Translations under genes and position numbers: made by a program
Notes under the pieces: model-generated
Told to the model about the DNA's origin: nothing
Databases searched by the model: none
Seen by the model: only the letters and a program-made list of their open reading frames with translations
Part shown: piece by piece, positions 29,511-36,986 of the stretch
How the letters are laid out: every line of letters begins with the position of its first letter
Numbering within the stretch: the first letter of the stretch is position 1
IMG/VR virus record: IMGVR_UViG_3300032282_004772
Length of the DNA stretch: 64,000 nt
DNA from: a virus
Strand: one strand, 5' to 3'

Positions 29511-29566
29511 ATTGATAATCTTTTTACAAATATAGAATATTTTTTTATTAATAAAAAGTAAAAAAA

Positions 29567-30157
29567 TTAATTTTTTTGTTTTAAATATCTATTTTTTCTT
29601 GCGGAATTTTTATTACGAGATTTGAAAGTACTTAATTGAGAATCACAATTAGGACAAACCAATCTTAAATTATTTCTATTGTTATTGGACGCATCTCCAT
29701 CTATATGGTCTAGAACAAATACTAGAATTTTTCCCATCCATTCATCATCCATATTACAAATAGCACATTTATGATTTTGTTCTTCTAAAAATTTTTTTTT
29801 AAAACTTCTTGGATTAAAATTTTCTCTACAATATTCTTGATTATTGTTGAGGAAATGTTCATATTTTTTTTTACTTAAATCTTTATGTTGACAATCTAAA
29901 GAACAATATTTTTTAGAAAAAAGATTACATTCTTTTTCACAATACACACATTTAATTATTTCGTATTTTTTACATTTACCATAATTGTGAGGCTTATATC
30001 CTTCAGGTATTTTTTTTCTGATTTTTAATTCAATTCCTAATTTTTTTGCAATTTTTTTTATGTAAGTATCAGAAACATTATATTTTTTTGCAATTTCAGT
30101 ATAAGGTAAATTTTTATTAAAGATTAAATCTTCTAAATCTTCTTTTATATATTTCAT
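29567..30157 (-). CDS. free-standing HNH homing endonuclease
   Basis: N-terminal HTH-like region, CxxC, LDHIDGDASNNNRNNLRLVCPNC. Confidence 0.9.
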   Translation of the reverse strand: MKYIKEDLEDLIFNKNLPYTEIAKKYNVSDTYIKKIAKKLGIELKIRKKIPEGYKPHNYGKCKKYEIIKCVYCEKECNLFSKKYCSLDCQHKDLSKKKYEHFLNNNQEYCRENFNPRSFKKKFLEEQNHKCAICNMDDEWMGKILVFVLDHIDGDASNNNRNNLRLVCPNCDSQLSTFKSRNKNSARKNRYLKQKN

Positions 30158-30194
30158 ATCTATATTTTACTATAAATATTACTATCGAACTGAA

Positions 30195-30238
30195 AATCAA
30201 AACGAACTACAATTTTTATTTTATAGTTCGTTTTGATT
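30195..30238. other. 15-bp inverted repeat between tRNA-Arg and the HNH promoter
   Basis: AATCAAAACGAACTA ... TAGTTCGTTTTGATT. Confidence 0.8.
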
Positions 30239-30521
30239 TGGTGGTCCCGGGGCGATTCGAACGCCCGACCGACTGCTTAGACATACCACTATGACTTTCG
30301 TCACCCTTTTGGTTTGTGGTCTGGACTATATCATCATCCATTTTTAGGATGCTTCCCCCTTAGTCTCTACACACTTTCCTATTTGATAGGAGTTGGCTCG
30401 GTATTACCATCAGCATTATCTGTTAAGGTTTCACCGAATTCGAGAAGTTCTATATATGAATTACTTCATATACGCCCCCTTTACTTGAGGCAGTTGCTCT
30501 ATCCAGCTGAGCTACAGGACC
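30239..30521 (-). tRNA. tRNA-Arg(UCU) interrupted by a group I intron (exons 30488-30521 and 30239-30281)
   Basis: Joined exons give ACTGC CT TCT AA GCAGT and an ACCA end. Confidence 0.9.
30282..30487 (-). mobile_element. 206-nt group I intron (IC3-like), inserted after U33
   Basis: P1 GCCU/GGGC with U.G at the splice site; core AATTCGGTGAA, CCGAGCCAA, GTAGAGACTA, ATAGTCCAGAC; terminal G. Confidence 0.9.
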
Positions 30522-30526
30522 ATTTT

Positions 30527-30670
30527 TTAAATAATTTTATAACACAAATATACTAAAAGAAATATTAAAAATCCAATAAAACTTATTACCCAATAACCAA
30601 CAATTTTATTTGTCGTTTTAACGTTTTCTTCTGAACGTCCTTGCCACTTATCAGGATTCCAATTATCCAT
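30527..30670 (-). CDS. 47-aa membrane peptide
   Basis: MDNWNPDKWQGRSEENVK plus C-terminal TM; directly follows the 30672 gene. Confidence 0.55.
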   Translation of the reverse strand: MDNWNPDKWQGRSEENVKTTNKIVGYWVISFIGFLIFLLVYLCYKII

Positions 30671-30671
30671 T

Positions 30672-30929
30672 TTATTTATATTTTTTTACAATGTTACTAA
30701 TGATTTGTTCCTCTTCAGCAGAAATTCGATAATAATTTTCAATTAGAAATATACAATTATCTCTATGATTTTCTTCATGCAAAGACATACGGTCATTTTT
30801 TTTAAATTTGTCCAAATGACCCTCTTCATCAAGAGTATGAATAATTTCTTTTATATCATCAGATTCACACATTGATATAAATTCATTTACTGAAATGTAT
30901 TCTTCTGTTTCTATTGTTATGTATGGCAT
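30672..30929 (-). CDS. hypothetical protein
   Basis: 85-aa ORF. Confidence 0.65.
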   Translation of the reverse strand: MPYITIETEEYISVNEFISMCESDDIKEIIHTLDEEGHLDKFKKNDRMSLHEENHRDNCIFLIENYYRISAEEEQIISNIVKKYK

Positions 30930-30948
30930 TGTTTTATTTATTTTATTG

Positions 30949-31021
30949 TAGTCCGTACGGGAATCGAACCCGTGTTTCCTCCGTGAAAGGGAGATGTCCT
31001 AGACCCCTAGACGAACGGACC
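30949..31021 (-). tRNA. tRNA-Glu(UUC)
   Basis: CTCC CT TTC AC GGAG anticodon arm, cloverleaf. Confidence 0.93.
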
Positions 31022-31026
31022 ATTAA

Positions 31027-31191
31027 AAAATTCGTCTCTAACCTGTCGGTTTAATTTACTTTTTCACCACCAATCGCGATAAAGATGGCCGAAACCGAAA
31101 AACTTATAGGATACATTACCTACCTAAGTTGAGCTAAACCCTCATACCCCATTTTAGACTCGTGCACAAGATTGGAGTTGGGACCGAATTT
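31027..31191 (-). ncRNA. candidate structured ncRNA between tRNA-Gly and tRNA-Glu
   Basis: GC-richer than background; closing stem AAATTCGGTCCCAAC/GTTAGAGACGAATTT; internal stems AACTTA.TAGG/CCTA.TAAGTT and TCGGTTT/AAACCGA. Confidence 0.5.
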
Positions 31192-31193
31192 AG

Positions 31194-31265
31194 AGCGGAT
31201 AGTCAGAATCGAACTGACATCTTCAGATTGGAAGTCTGAAGTAATGGCCGTTATACGATACCCGC
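31194..31265 (-). tRNA. tRNA-Gly(UCC)
   Basis: TCAGA CT TCC AA TCTGA anticodon arm; U73. Confidence 0.93.
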
Positions 31266-31272
31266 ACCTTAC

Positions 31273-31605
31273 TTATTCATCATCGTCTTCGTCATCTTCT
31301 TTGGATTCGTGGAACTCAAGTTCATACGTCTCATCAAGAACTTTGTCCTTACCATAATCGGCATCCATAAGTTGGTCCCACAGATTATCGTAATACTCAG
31401 TATCTACCGAAGCCATAGTCTGAGCATTCTCTTTAACATAATTCTCAATCTCTTCTTTAGACATTCCTTTTAGTTCAGGATGTGTATCTTCATTTACTGT
31501 AATCGGACCCCTCCAACAAACGTAGTAATGACCATCGGCCATATAAACATCAAGAGATACTTTTTCGTCTTTAACTGCACTCATTTTTTTGACTTTTTTT
31601 GACAT
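31273..31605 (-). CDS. acidic hypothetical protein
   Basis: 110-aa ORF within the tRNA cluster. Confidence 0.7.
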   Translation of the reverse strand: MSKKVKKMSAVKDEKVSLDVYMADGHYYVCWRGPITVNEDTHPELKGMSKEEIENYVKENAQTMASVDTEYYDNLWDQLMDADYGKDKVLDETYELEFHESKEDDEDDDE

Positions 31606-31630
31606 GACTTTTAAGGTTTAAGGTTTTTAG

Positions 31631-31703
31631 TAGCGGGAGAAGGAATCGAACCTCCGACCTCCAGGTTATGAGCCTGGCGAGCTACCTCTGCTACCATCCC
31701 GCG
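31631..31703 (-). tRNA. tRNA-Met(CAU), initiator-like
   Basis: C1xU72 mismatch, CCAGG CT CAT AA CCTGG anticodon arm. Confidence 0.9.
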
Positions 31704-31883
31704 ATTTTGTTACACAAAGATAATATGTTTTATCTTAACTATCAAATAAAAAAAATATTTTTTTTCTATTAGATTAAATATACTTTAGGATGAATTTATC
31801 TTATTTTTTAGTATAAAAACAATCTAAAGTAGACTTCATTTGACTATTTTAAGATATTTATAGAATAGAAAAACCGTAAAATT

Positions 31884-31988
31884 ATGAAAACAACAGATAA
31901 TATGATAGGTCTTTTGGTACAGGATATTCTATTGGCATCATTACGTGTTCATAAACTGACCTTACGAAGTTTAGATAAACAAAATTAA
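31884..31988 (+). CDS. 34-aa Leu-rich small ORF / candidate leader peptide
   Basis: MKTTDNMIGLLVQDILLASLRVHKLTLRSLDKQN*; TATTTATA at 31855 upstream, terminator downstream. Confidence 0.55.
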   Translation: MKTTDNMIGLLVQDILLASLRVHKLTLRSLDKQN

Positions 31989-32002
31989 ATCAACTAATTT
32001 AT

Positions 32003-32032
32003 AAAAGGTCACAAGAAATTGTGACCTTTTTT
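32003..32032 (+). terminator. intrinsic terminator / candidate attenuator
   Basis: AAAAGGTCACAA-gaaa-TTGTGACCTTTTTT. Confidence 0.85.
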
Positions 32033-32066
32033 GATTTTATATAATAAAAATTATATATTTAACCCC

Positions 32067-32561
32067 ATGAACAAAGTATTAGTTTTAAATTATGATTATA
32101 CCCCACTCAATGTGACCTCTTTTACAAAAGGTTTTAAATTGGTTTATAAGGGTAAAGCAGAGGTTCTGAAAGAGTCTGACACTCCCATATATACTGAGTA
32201 TCAAAAATTTGTAAGACCTCTTATAATTCGTTTATTAAAGTATGTGAAGTTTCGTATTAAAAGTATTAAAGTTAATCGTTATAGAATTTACAGAAGAGAT
32301 GGAGGAAAATGTGTTTATTGTGGGTCTCAAAAACAATTAACCATTGACCACGTAATTCCTAAATCAAGGGGAGGTAAAAATAGTTGGACAAATCTTGTTA
32401 CTTGTTGTCATAAGTGTAATCTTAATAAAGCAGATAGGACACCATCCGAAGCTAATATGTCATTTATAATTAATCCGTATGAACCTGATATTTTTTCAGA
32501 TATTCTAAATAATTCCATTGAGACTATATGGAAAGAATATAAATTATCGATAGGGATTTGA
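32067..32561 (+). CDS. HNH endonuclease (McrA/HNH_5-like)
   Basis: VLVLNYDY.PL, RDGGKCVYCG, LTIDHVIPKSRGG..SWTNLVTCC..CN..K.DRTP.EA.M. Confidence 0.9.
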   Translation: MNKVLVLNYDYTPLNVTSFTKGFKLVYKGKAEVLKESDTPIYTEYQKFVRPLIIRLLKYVKFRIKSIKVNRYRIYRRDGGKCVYCGSQKQLTIDHVIPKSRGGKNSWTNLVTCCHKCNLNKADRTPSEANMSFIINPYEPDIFSDILNNSIETIWKEYKLSIGI

Positions 32562-32646
32562 TTATATATAAAAAATTATATATATTTGTATTGTTGTTCT
32601 TTGAAAGAAATGCTCGGGTGATGAAATTGGTATACATGAGAGACTT

Positions 32647-33332
32647 TATTCTGTTTCGTTTGTATTTATAAGTATGAATACAAAATATACGAAAGAATCT
32701 CTTGAACCTATAGTTAAAAGATGTGGCTCAATTAGACAAGTTTTAAAAGAACTTGGACTAAAAGAATCAGGTGGTAACTACAAAAATATCAAAACAAGAA
32801 TTAAATTGTTAGATATTGACACATCTCACTTCCACGGCATGTTATGGAATAAAGGTAAAACTTGGTCAAAAACTAAAGACCTTTCGTCCAAATTAGTTGA
32901 GTATTCAACATATAGTACAGGATTACCTGTATCAACTTATGTGTTGAAAAATCAACTATTAAAACTTGGTTATAAGGTGCACATTTGTGAAATGTGTAAT
33001 AATACCAAATGGATGGAAAAAAAGATACCTTTAGAACTTCATCATGTAAATGGAAATAGATTCGACAATAGGATTGAAAATATTCAATTATTATGTCCTA
33101 ATTGTCACGCTTTGACTGATAACTATAGGGGAAAGAATATGAGTGCTAGATAAGAAATTATCTAAGTAGAATTCCGTAAATTCGGTGAACCCTTTAGACT
33201 GGGAACGCCGAGCCAAGCCTTACAATAAGGAAGGTGTAGAGACTAGACACGGAACATCTAAGTCGAAAGATATGATGAAGGCATAGTCCAGACTACAAAC
33301 TCAAATGAGGTGGTGAAAACCATAGTAGTAAG
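32647..33332 (+). mobile_element. 686-nt group I intron with homing endonuclease ORF in the P1 loop
   Basis: ACTT|TATTCT pairs with AGAATA.GAGT at ~33134-33144; core AATTCGGTGAA, CCGAGCCAA, GTAGAGACTA, ATAGTCCAGAC lies after the ORF; terminal G 33332. Confidence 0.9.
32674..33153 (+). CDS. intron-encoded HNH homing endonuclease
   Basis: CEMC, LELHHVNGNRFDNRIENIQLLCPNCH. Confidence 0.92.
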   Translation: MNTKYTKESLEPIVKRCGSIRQVLKELGLKESGGNYKNIKTRIKLLDIDTSHFHGMLWNKGKTWSKTKDLSSKLVEYSTYSTGLPVSTYVLKNQLLKLGYKVHICEMCNNTKWMEKKIPLELHHVNGNRFDNRIENIQLLCPNCHALTDNYRGKNMSAR

Positions 33333-33392
33333 AAAATCTCTTGGTCATTGCGACCGTGCGGGTTCGACCCCCGCCCCGAGTACCAAAAAAAT

Positions 33393-33471
33393 ACCACAGT
33401 GGTGAAATGGTAGACACGTCAGTTTTAGGAACTGATGCTTTGGCGTAAAGGTTCGAGTCCTTTCTGTGGTA
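33393..33471 (+). tRNA. tRNA-Leu(UAG)
   Basis: TCAGT TT TAG GA ACTGA anticodon arm, variable arm, A73. Confidence 0.92.
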
Positions 33472-33480
33472 CAAAAAGAA

Positions 33481-33502
33481 AAAGAGGTCAAAAGACCTCT
33501 TT
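33481..33502. terminator. terminator hairpin between convergent units
   Basis: AAAGAGGTC-aaaa-GACCTCTTT. Confidence 0.75.
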
Positions 33503-33551
33503 CCACGGGAAAATTACCCTCCTTTTTTTATTATTTATAATAAACAAGCAT

Positions 33552-34241
33552 CTACGCTTGAATATTCATTGGATTTGAAATCAATGAGGTTTTCATTGAA
33601 TTTAAATGGTTGTCGAATTTACCTGACATTTTTTCCACTAAAGGACAAATAATTCCTGAGATTCTTCCTTCAACCTTTTCTGCAAAATCACTATTTCTAA
33701 TTACATCGTATAATGAACCTCTAACAACATCCATAAAATCACCACCCATACCTTTTTCGTATTCTAATTGTCTAAGATACGCTTCGGGAATTGATTCCGC
33801 AATCTTTTTTGTTAAAAATTCACAATCCGAAAATAAACTTGGTACATCTCTTAAATCTGTATTACCCAAAGCGGTAATTAAAAAATTCTTTAAGAAATTA
33901 TTATCTTCAATACCTAATTGTTCTAATATCCATTTAACCCCTTTTTCTTTAAAGAGTTCAATCACAATGTTTGTTGTTCCACCAAATAAATTTCCTAATA
34001 CAGTGAAAACACTTGACACATTTTCTTCAATTATTCTTTTATCAAACCCTTGTTTGTGTAAATAAACCATTTCTGACAATATATTGATAAACACATTGTC
34101 CAAATGTTTTTTTGTCTTCAAAGGAGATGATTCCAAAATAATTCCAAATCTACTTTTTACAATATTATTTTCTTGTAAAAGTTTATCTTTTTTTGTTTTG
34201 GTTTCAATAAGTTTTACTTTTATTCTATTTTCAAGTTTCAT
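33552..34241 (-). CDS. hypothetical protein, probable virion protein
   Basis: LIE/LQE/ILE leader; last gene of a late-type operon. Confidence 0.7.
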   Translation of the reverse strand: MKLENRIKVKLIETKTKKDKLLQENNIVKSRFGIILESSPLKTKKHLDNVFINILSEMVYLHKQGFDKRIIEENVSSVFTVLGNLFGGTTNIVIELFKEKGVKWILEQLGIEDNNFLKNFLITALGNTDLRDVPSLFSDCEFLTKKIAESIPEAYLRQLEYEKGMGGDFMDVVRGSLYDVIRNSDFAEKVEGRISGIICPLVEKMSGKFDNHLNSMKTSLISNPMNIQA

Positions 34242-34245
34242 AGTA

Positions 34246-35505
34246 TTATCCAGTTTGGTCTGTAGTGTTATCAGTTGAGAAATTAATGTAATACTTTTTA
34301 GTCTTACTTCCCGGTGAACCTAAATCATCTAAAATCTCTTGATATTTTTTGTAAAAAGGTCTCTTTGGGAATTTTTGGTCATTTTTTAATTTTCCGTCTT
34401 TAGATTTTCTTGAACAGAATACAATTGCTTGTTTAAGAGATTTTATCTTATTAGCGTTAAATCTACCTTGTGCGTTTCTATATGCGTCAATATCATTCAT
34501 GAATTTTTCACATTTAGCATAATCAATGTCTTGTCCTTGTAAGAAAGACGCCAATATATTGTCATACGCAGTCATTTCCGCCTCACTTGTCCCTTCTGCC
34601 GCCAATCTATATAAAGTAATCTTTTCTGTAAATGTAGGTGGATATGAAACAGTTTCCACATCATAAGTACTCTTATCAACAGGGTCTAAAAACGAATTCC
34701 ATTCAAGGTCACCAACAGTTCGAGCTTTTTCATTTTTAACCTCGGTTGCATTAGTATTTAAAGCGTCATATTGACTTTTTATTATTGCGTAATCATCATC
34801 ATAATCTTTTCCTTTTTTACTATAGTATGAACCTAAATAATATAAAAAGTATTTTAAATTTGAGAAGAAACTACCTCTATATTTGTCTTTAACTTTTGTT
34901 ATTAAAATATTAACCGCATTAGACGCTTCTGTCCCATTTATGTGGTCATAATTAACAAATATATTACCAATACCATATGGCTTAAGATAATTTATTGCAG
35001 TTTGAAGTTCTGTTGCCAATTGACCTGATTGTTGATTCTGATTTTGGTTTTGATTCTGATTTTGGTTTTGATTCTGATTTTGGTTTTGATTTTGGTTTTG
35101 ATTCTGTGTTTTAGGAGCAACTAATACTGTTTTTGAAACATCGTTCCCTTGACATTTCCAAGTTCCTGATTCTCCGTTTGATATTGAATATTGCCCATTA
35201 GCATTGAAATTATATGTTAGACCATTAGATACAAATGTTGCAGTGTCTCCAACTATTTGTACCCCCCCAAAACTTGAAAGACAAGGTGTAAACGCGGCAT
35301 TAACTCCGCTTTGATTTCCACCACCTTGATTTCCGCCACCTTGATTTCCACCACCTTGATTTCCGCCACCTTGATTTCCACCACCTTGATTTCCACCACC
35401 TTGATTTCCACCACCTTGAGCCGGAGGTAATCCGCCACCTTGAGCCGGAGGTAATCCACCTGCGGGAGGTAAATCTTCTTTCAGTATTCTTATATTTTTT
35501 TTCAT
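34246..35505 (-). CDS. low-complexity hypothetical protein (GGGNQ and QN repeats)
   Basis: Start moved to MKKNIRILKE at 35505. Confidence 0.7.
   Translation of the reverse strand: MKKNIRILKEDLPPAGGLPPAQGGGLPPAQGGGNQGGGNQGGGNQGGGNQGGGNQGGGNQGGGNQSGVNAAFTPCLSSFGGVQIVGDTATFVSNGLTYNFNANGQYSISNGESGTWKCQGNDVSKTVLVAPKTQNQNQNQNQNQNQNQNQNQNQNQNQQSGQLATELQTAINYLKPYGIGNIFVNYDHINGTEASNAVNILITKVKDKYRGSFFSNLKYFLYYLGSYYSKKGKDYDDDYAIIKSQYDALNTNATEVKNEKARTVGDLEWNSFLDPVDKSTYDVETVSYPPTFTEKITLYRLAAEGTSEAEMTAYDNILASFLQGQDIDYAKCEKFMNDIDAYRNAQGRFNANKIKSLKQAIVFCSRKSKDGKLKNDQKFPKRPFYKKYQEILDDLGSPGSKTKKYYINFSTDNTTDQTG
35033..35105 (-). repeat. 6-bp tandem repeat encoding (QN)n
   Basis: ttctga/ttttgg/ttttga units. 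Confidence 0.9.
35311..35460 (-). repeat. 15-bp (GGGNQ)x7 and 24-bp (GGGLPPAQ) coding tandem repeats
   Basis: ttgatttcc[a/g]ccacc repeated with no spacers. Confidence 0.9.
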
Positions 35506-35524
35506 ATTAATTTTTTTATCAAAA

Positions 35525-36919
35525 TTATTCTCTCCAAAATCCATCAGATTCTTTTTTAATTGTTCCTGTCGAGGAACCATTATCGTAATCGTATTTTACT
35601 GTTTTATTTGCCGAATCATAATCTGTAAATTTCAGCTTATCAAGTTGACTCTGACTGAATTTTAAATCTCTTCCATTTGAATCTTTTTGTCTTAAATTTC
35701 TTCTAATATCATCCGTAACATCTTGTGGGACAGGATTAACTACACCTCCAGGGGACTGAGTTGTGGTAGTAGTTGTTGCACCTCCAGACGACTGAGTTGT
35801 GGTAGTAGTTGTTGAAGGCTCATCATTTACTTCACCTCTAAATTTTTCAACGGATTGTTTTATAGTCTTTATTGATGCACCGACTCTAAATCCTAAAAAT
35901 TGGAAAATTGCATATACCGTAGGGAATACCGTATCTAAAGTAGTTGCCCACATAAGAAATTGTACAGTACTTGATATTAATAAATCTATACCAATCCACC
36001 AAAGCGCTTTACCGGCAAATCCTAAATTTTCAAACATAAAATCTTTAATATTTGATATTCTATCAGTAATCTTTGTAATTTGAGCATCTGTTGCACCTTC
36101 TTTTTTTAACGATGTACGAACCGCTTGTGCTAAAGCTGTTTTCATTTCTGCCGGAGTTGTTAGATTTGCCTTTTCCATCAATCTAACAATTTTTCTTGCC
36201 TTGCTACCTTTAACACCATTTAACTCTAATTGAGCTAAAATTTCTTTTTTATTAAAAACAAATTTTCCGTTATTTTTTGATTCGTTTTCTCTGACTGCGT
36301 TTTGTATTATATTACCTATCTCATTTGCTTCTTCAGTGGAATTAACCGAAAGTTCGTCACCAATTTTTTCACCTATCTCACTAGATGTTGGTTTACCAAT
36401 CTGTTCCAAATCTCTTTCAACTCCTTTTTCAACAGTAAGACCGTATTCTCTCATAGCCAACGCTTCTTCTCTACTTATAAGGTCAGGAACAATTCCTCTA
36501 TCCTCTAAGGCAGTAATAACTTCTTCTGTTGATTTATTTGAATTACTAATAAATCCTTTTATTTTATCATAAAGACCCGGTTTTGATTCTAATTTACTTT
36601 GTAAAAACATGAATCCTTCTTCCGCGGTCGCTTTCATTTCACTAGGGAAAAGTTTATTGAAAATTTGGGTAATAAATTCGGATTCTTTAGTTGTTAACGA
36701 TTCGGCTCCTTTTGATGCTATTTCGCTCATTTTTTCCGCCAATTCATCTGCGTTTCTTACACCAGTGGCTCTCAATTTCTCTAAAACATCATCTAAAGAT
36801 GTTCCTGTTTTTTCTAAAAATTCAGTAACTTGTTCAGAGATTAATGGTTTAAATTGGATACCCATTATCTCAGATAATCTAGATAACTCTTCATTAATTA
36901 TTTTATGATTTTTTTTCAT
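35525..36919 (-). CDS. helical protein with TM segments and leader, probable internal/ejection protein
   Basis: IINEELSRLSEIMG...LISE leader, hydrophobic hairpin, Thr-rich linker. Confidence 0.65.
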   Translation of the reverse strand: MKKNHKIINEELSRLSEIMGIQFKPLISEQVTEFLEKTGTSLDDVLEKLRATGVRNADELAEKMSEIASKGAESLTTKESEFITQIFNKLFPSEMKATAEEGFMFLQSKLESKPGLYDKIKGFISNSNKSTEEVITALEDRGIVPDLISREEALAMREYGLTVEKGVERDLEQIGKPTSSEIGEKIGDELSVNSTEEANEIGNIIQNAVRENESKNNGKFVFNKKEILAQLELNGVKGSKARKIVRLMEKANLTTPAEMKTALAQAVRTSLKKEGATDAQITKITDRISNIKDFMFENLGFAGKALWWIGIDLLISSTVQFLMWATTLDTVFPTVYAIFQFLGFRVGASIKTIKQSVEKFRGEVNDEPSTTTTTTQSSGGATTTTTTQSPGGVVNPVPQDVTDDIRRNLRQKDSNGRDLKFSQSQLDKLKFTDYDSANKTVKYDYDNGSSTGTIKKESDGFWRE

Positions 36920-36986
36920 TTTTTTAATTGTTTTTATATAAATACATCTAAACTATAAAATAGTTTGATATTTTTTTTATGTTGAT

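Larger units (their letters stand above)
32612..33385 (+). tRNA. tRNA-Leu(UAA) interrupted by a group I intron (exons 32612-32646 and 33333-33385)
   Basis: Joined exons give AGAGA CT TAA AA TCTCT, a long variable arm and ACCA. Confidence 0.92.

Noticed and set aside
30314-30556. 80-aa plus-strand ORF
   Set aside because: Antisense shadow of the group I intron and tRNA-Arg
31150-31193. tRNA-associated HDV-like (theta) ribozyme
   Set aside because: Could not build the nested double pseudoknot starting at the tRNA 3' end by eye; kept only as a generic ncRNA candidate
31172-31357. 61-aa plus-strand ORF
   Set aside because: Antisense to tRNA-Gly and the acidic CDS
33532-33549. TATTTATAATAAACAAGC, similar to the sRNA start at 53125, as an antisense promoter
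   Set aside because: AT-rich match with no downstream structure or terminator; may be chance
35311-35460. Short direct repeats as a CRISPR array
   Set aside because: Contiguous 15-bp units with no unique spacers, in frame within a CDS
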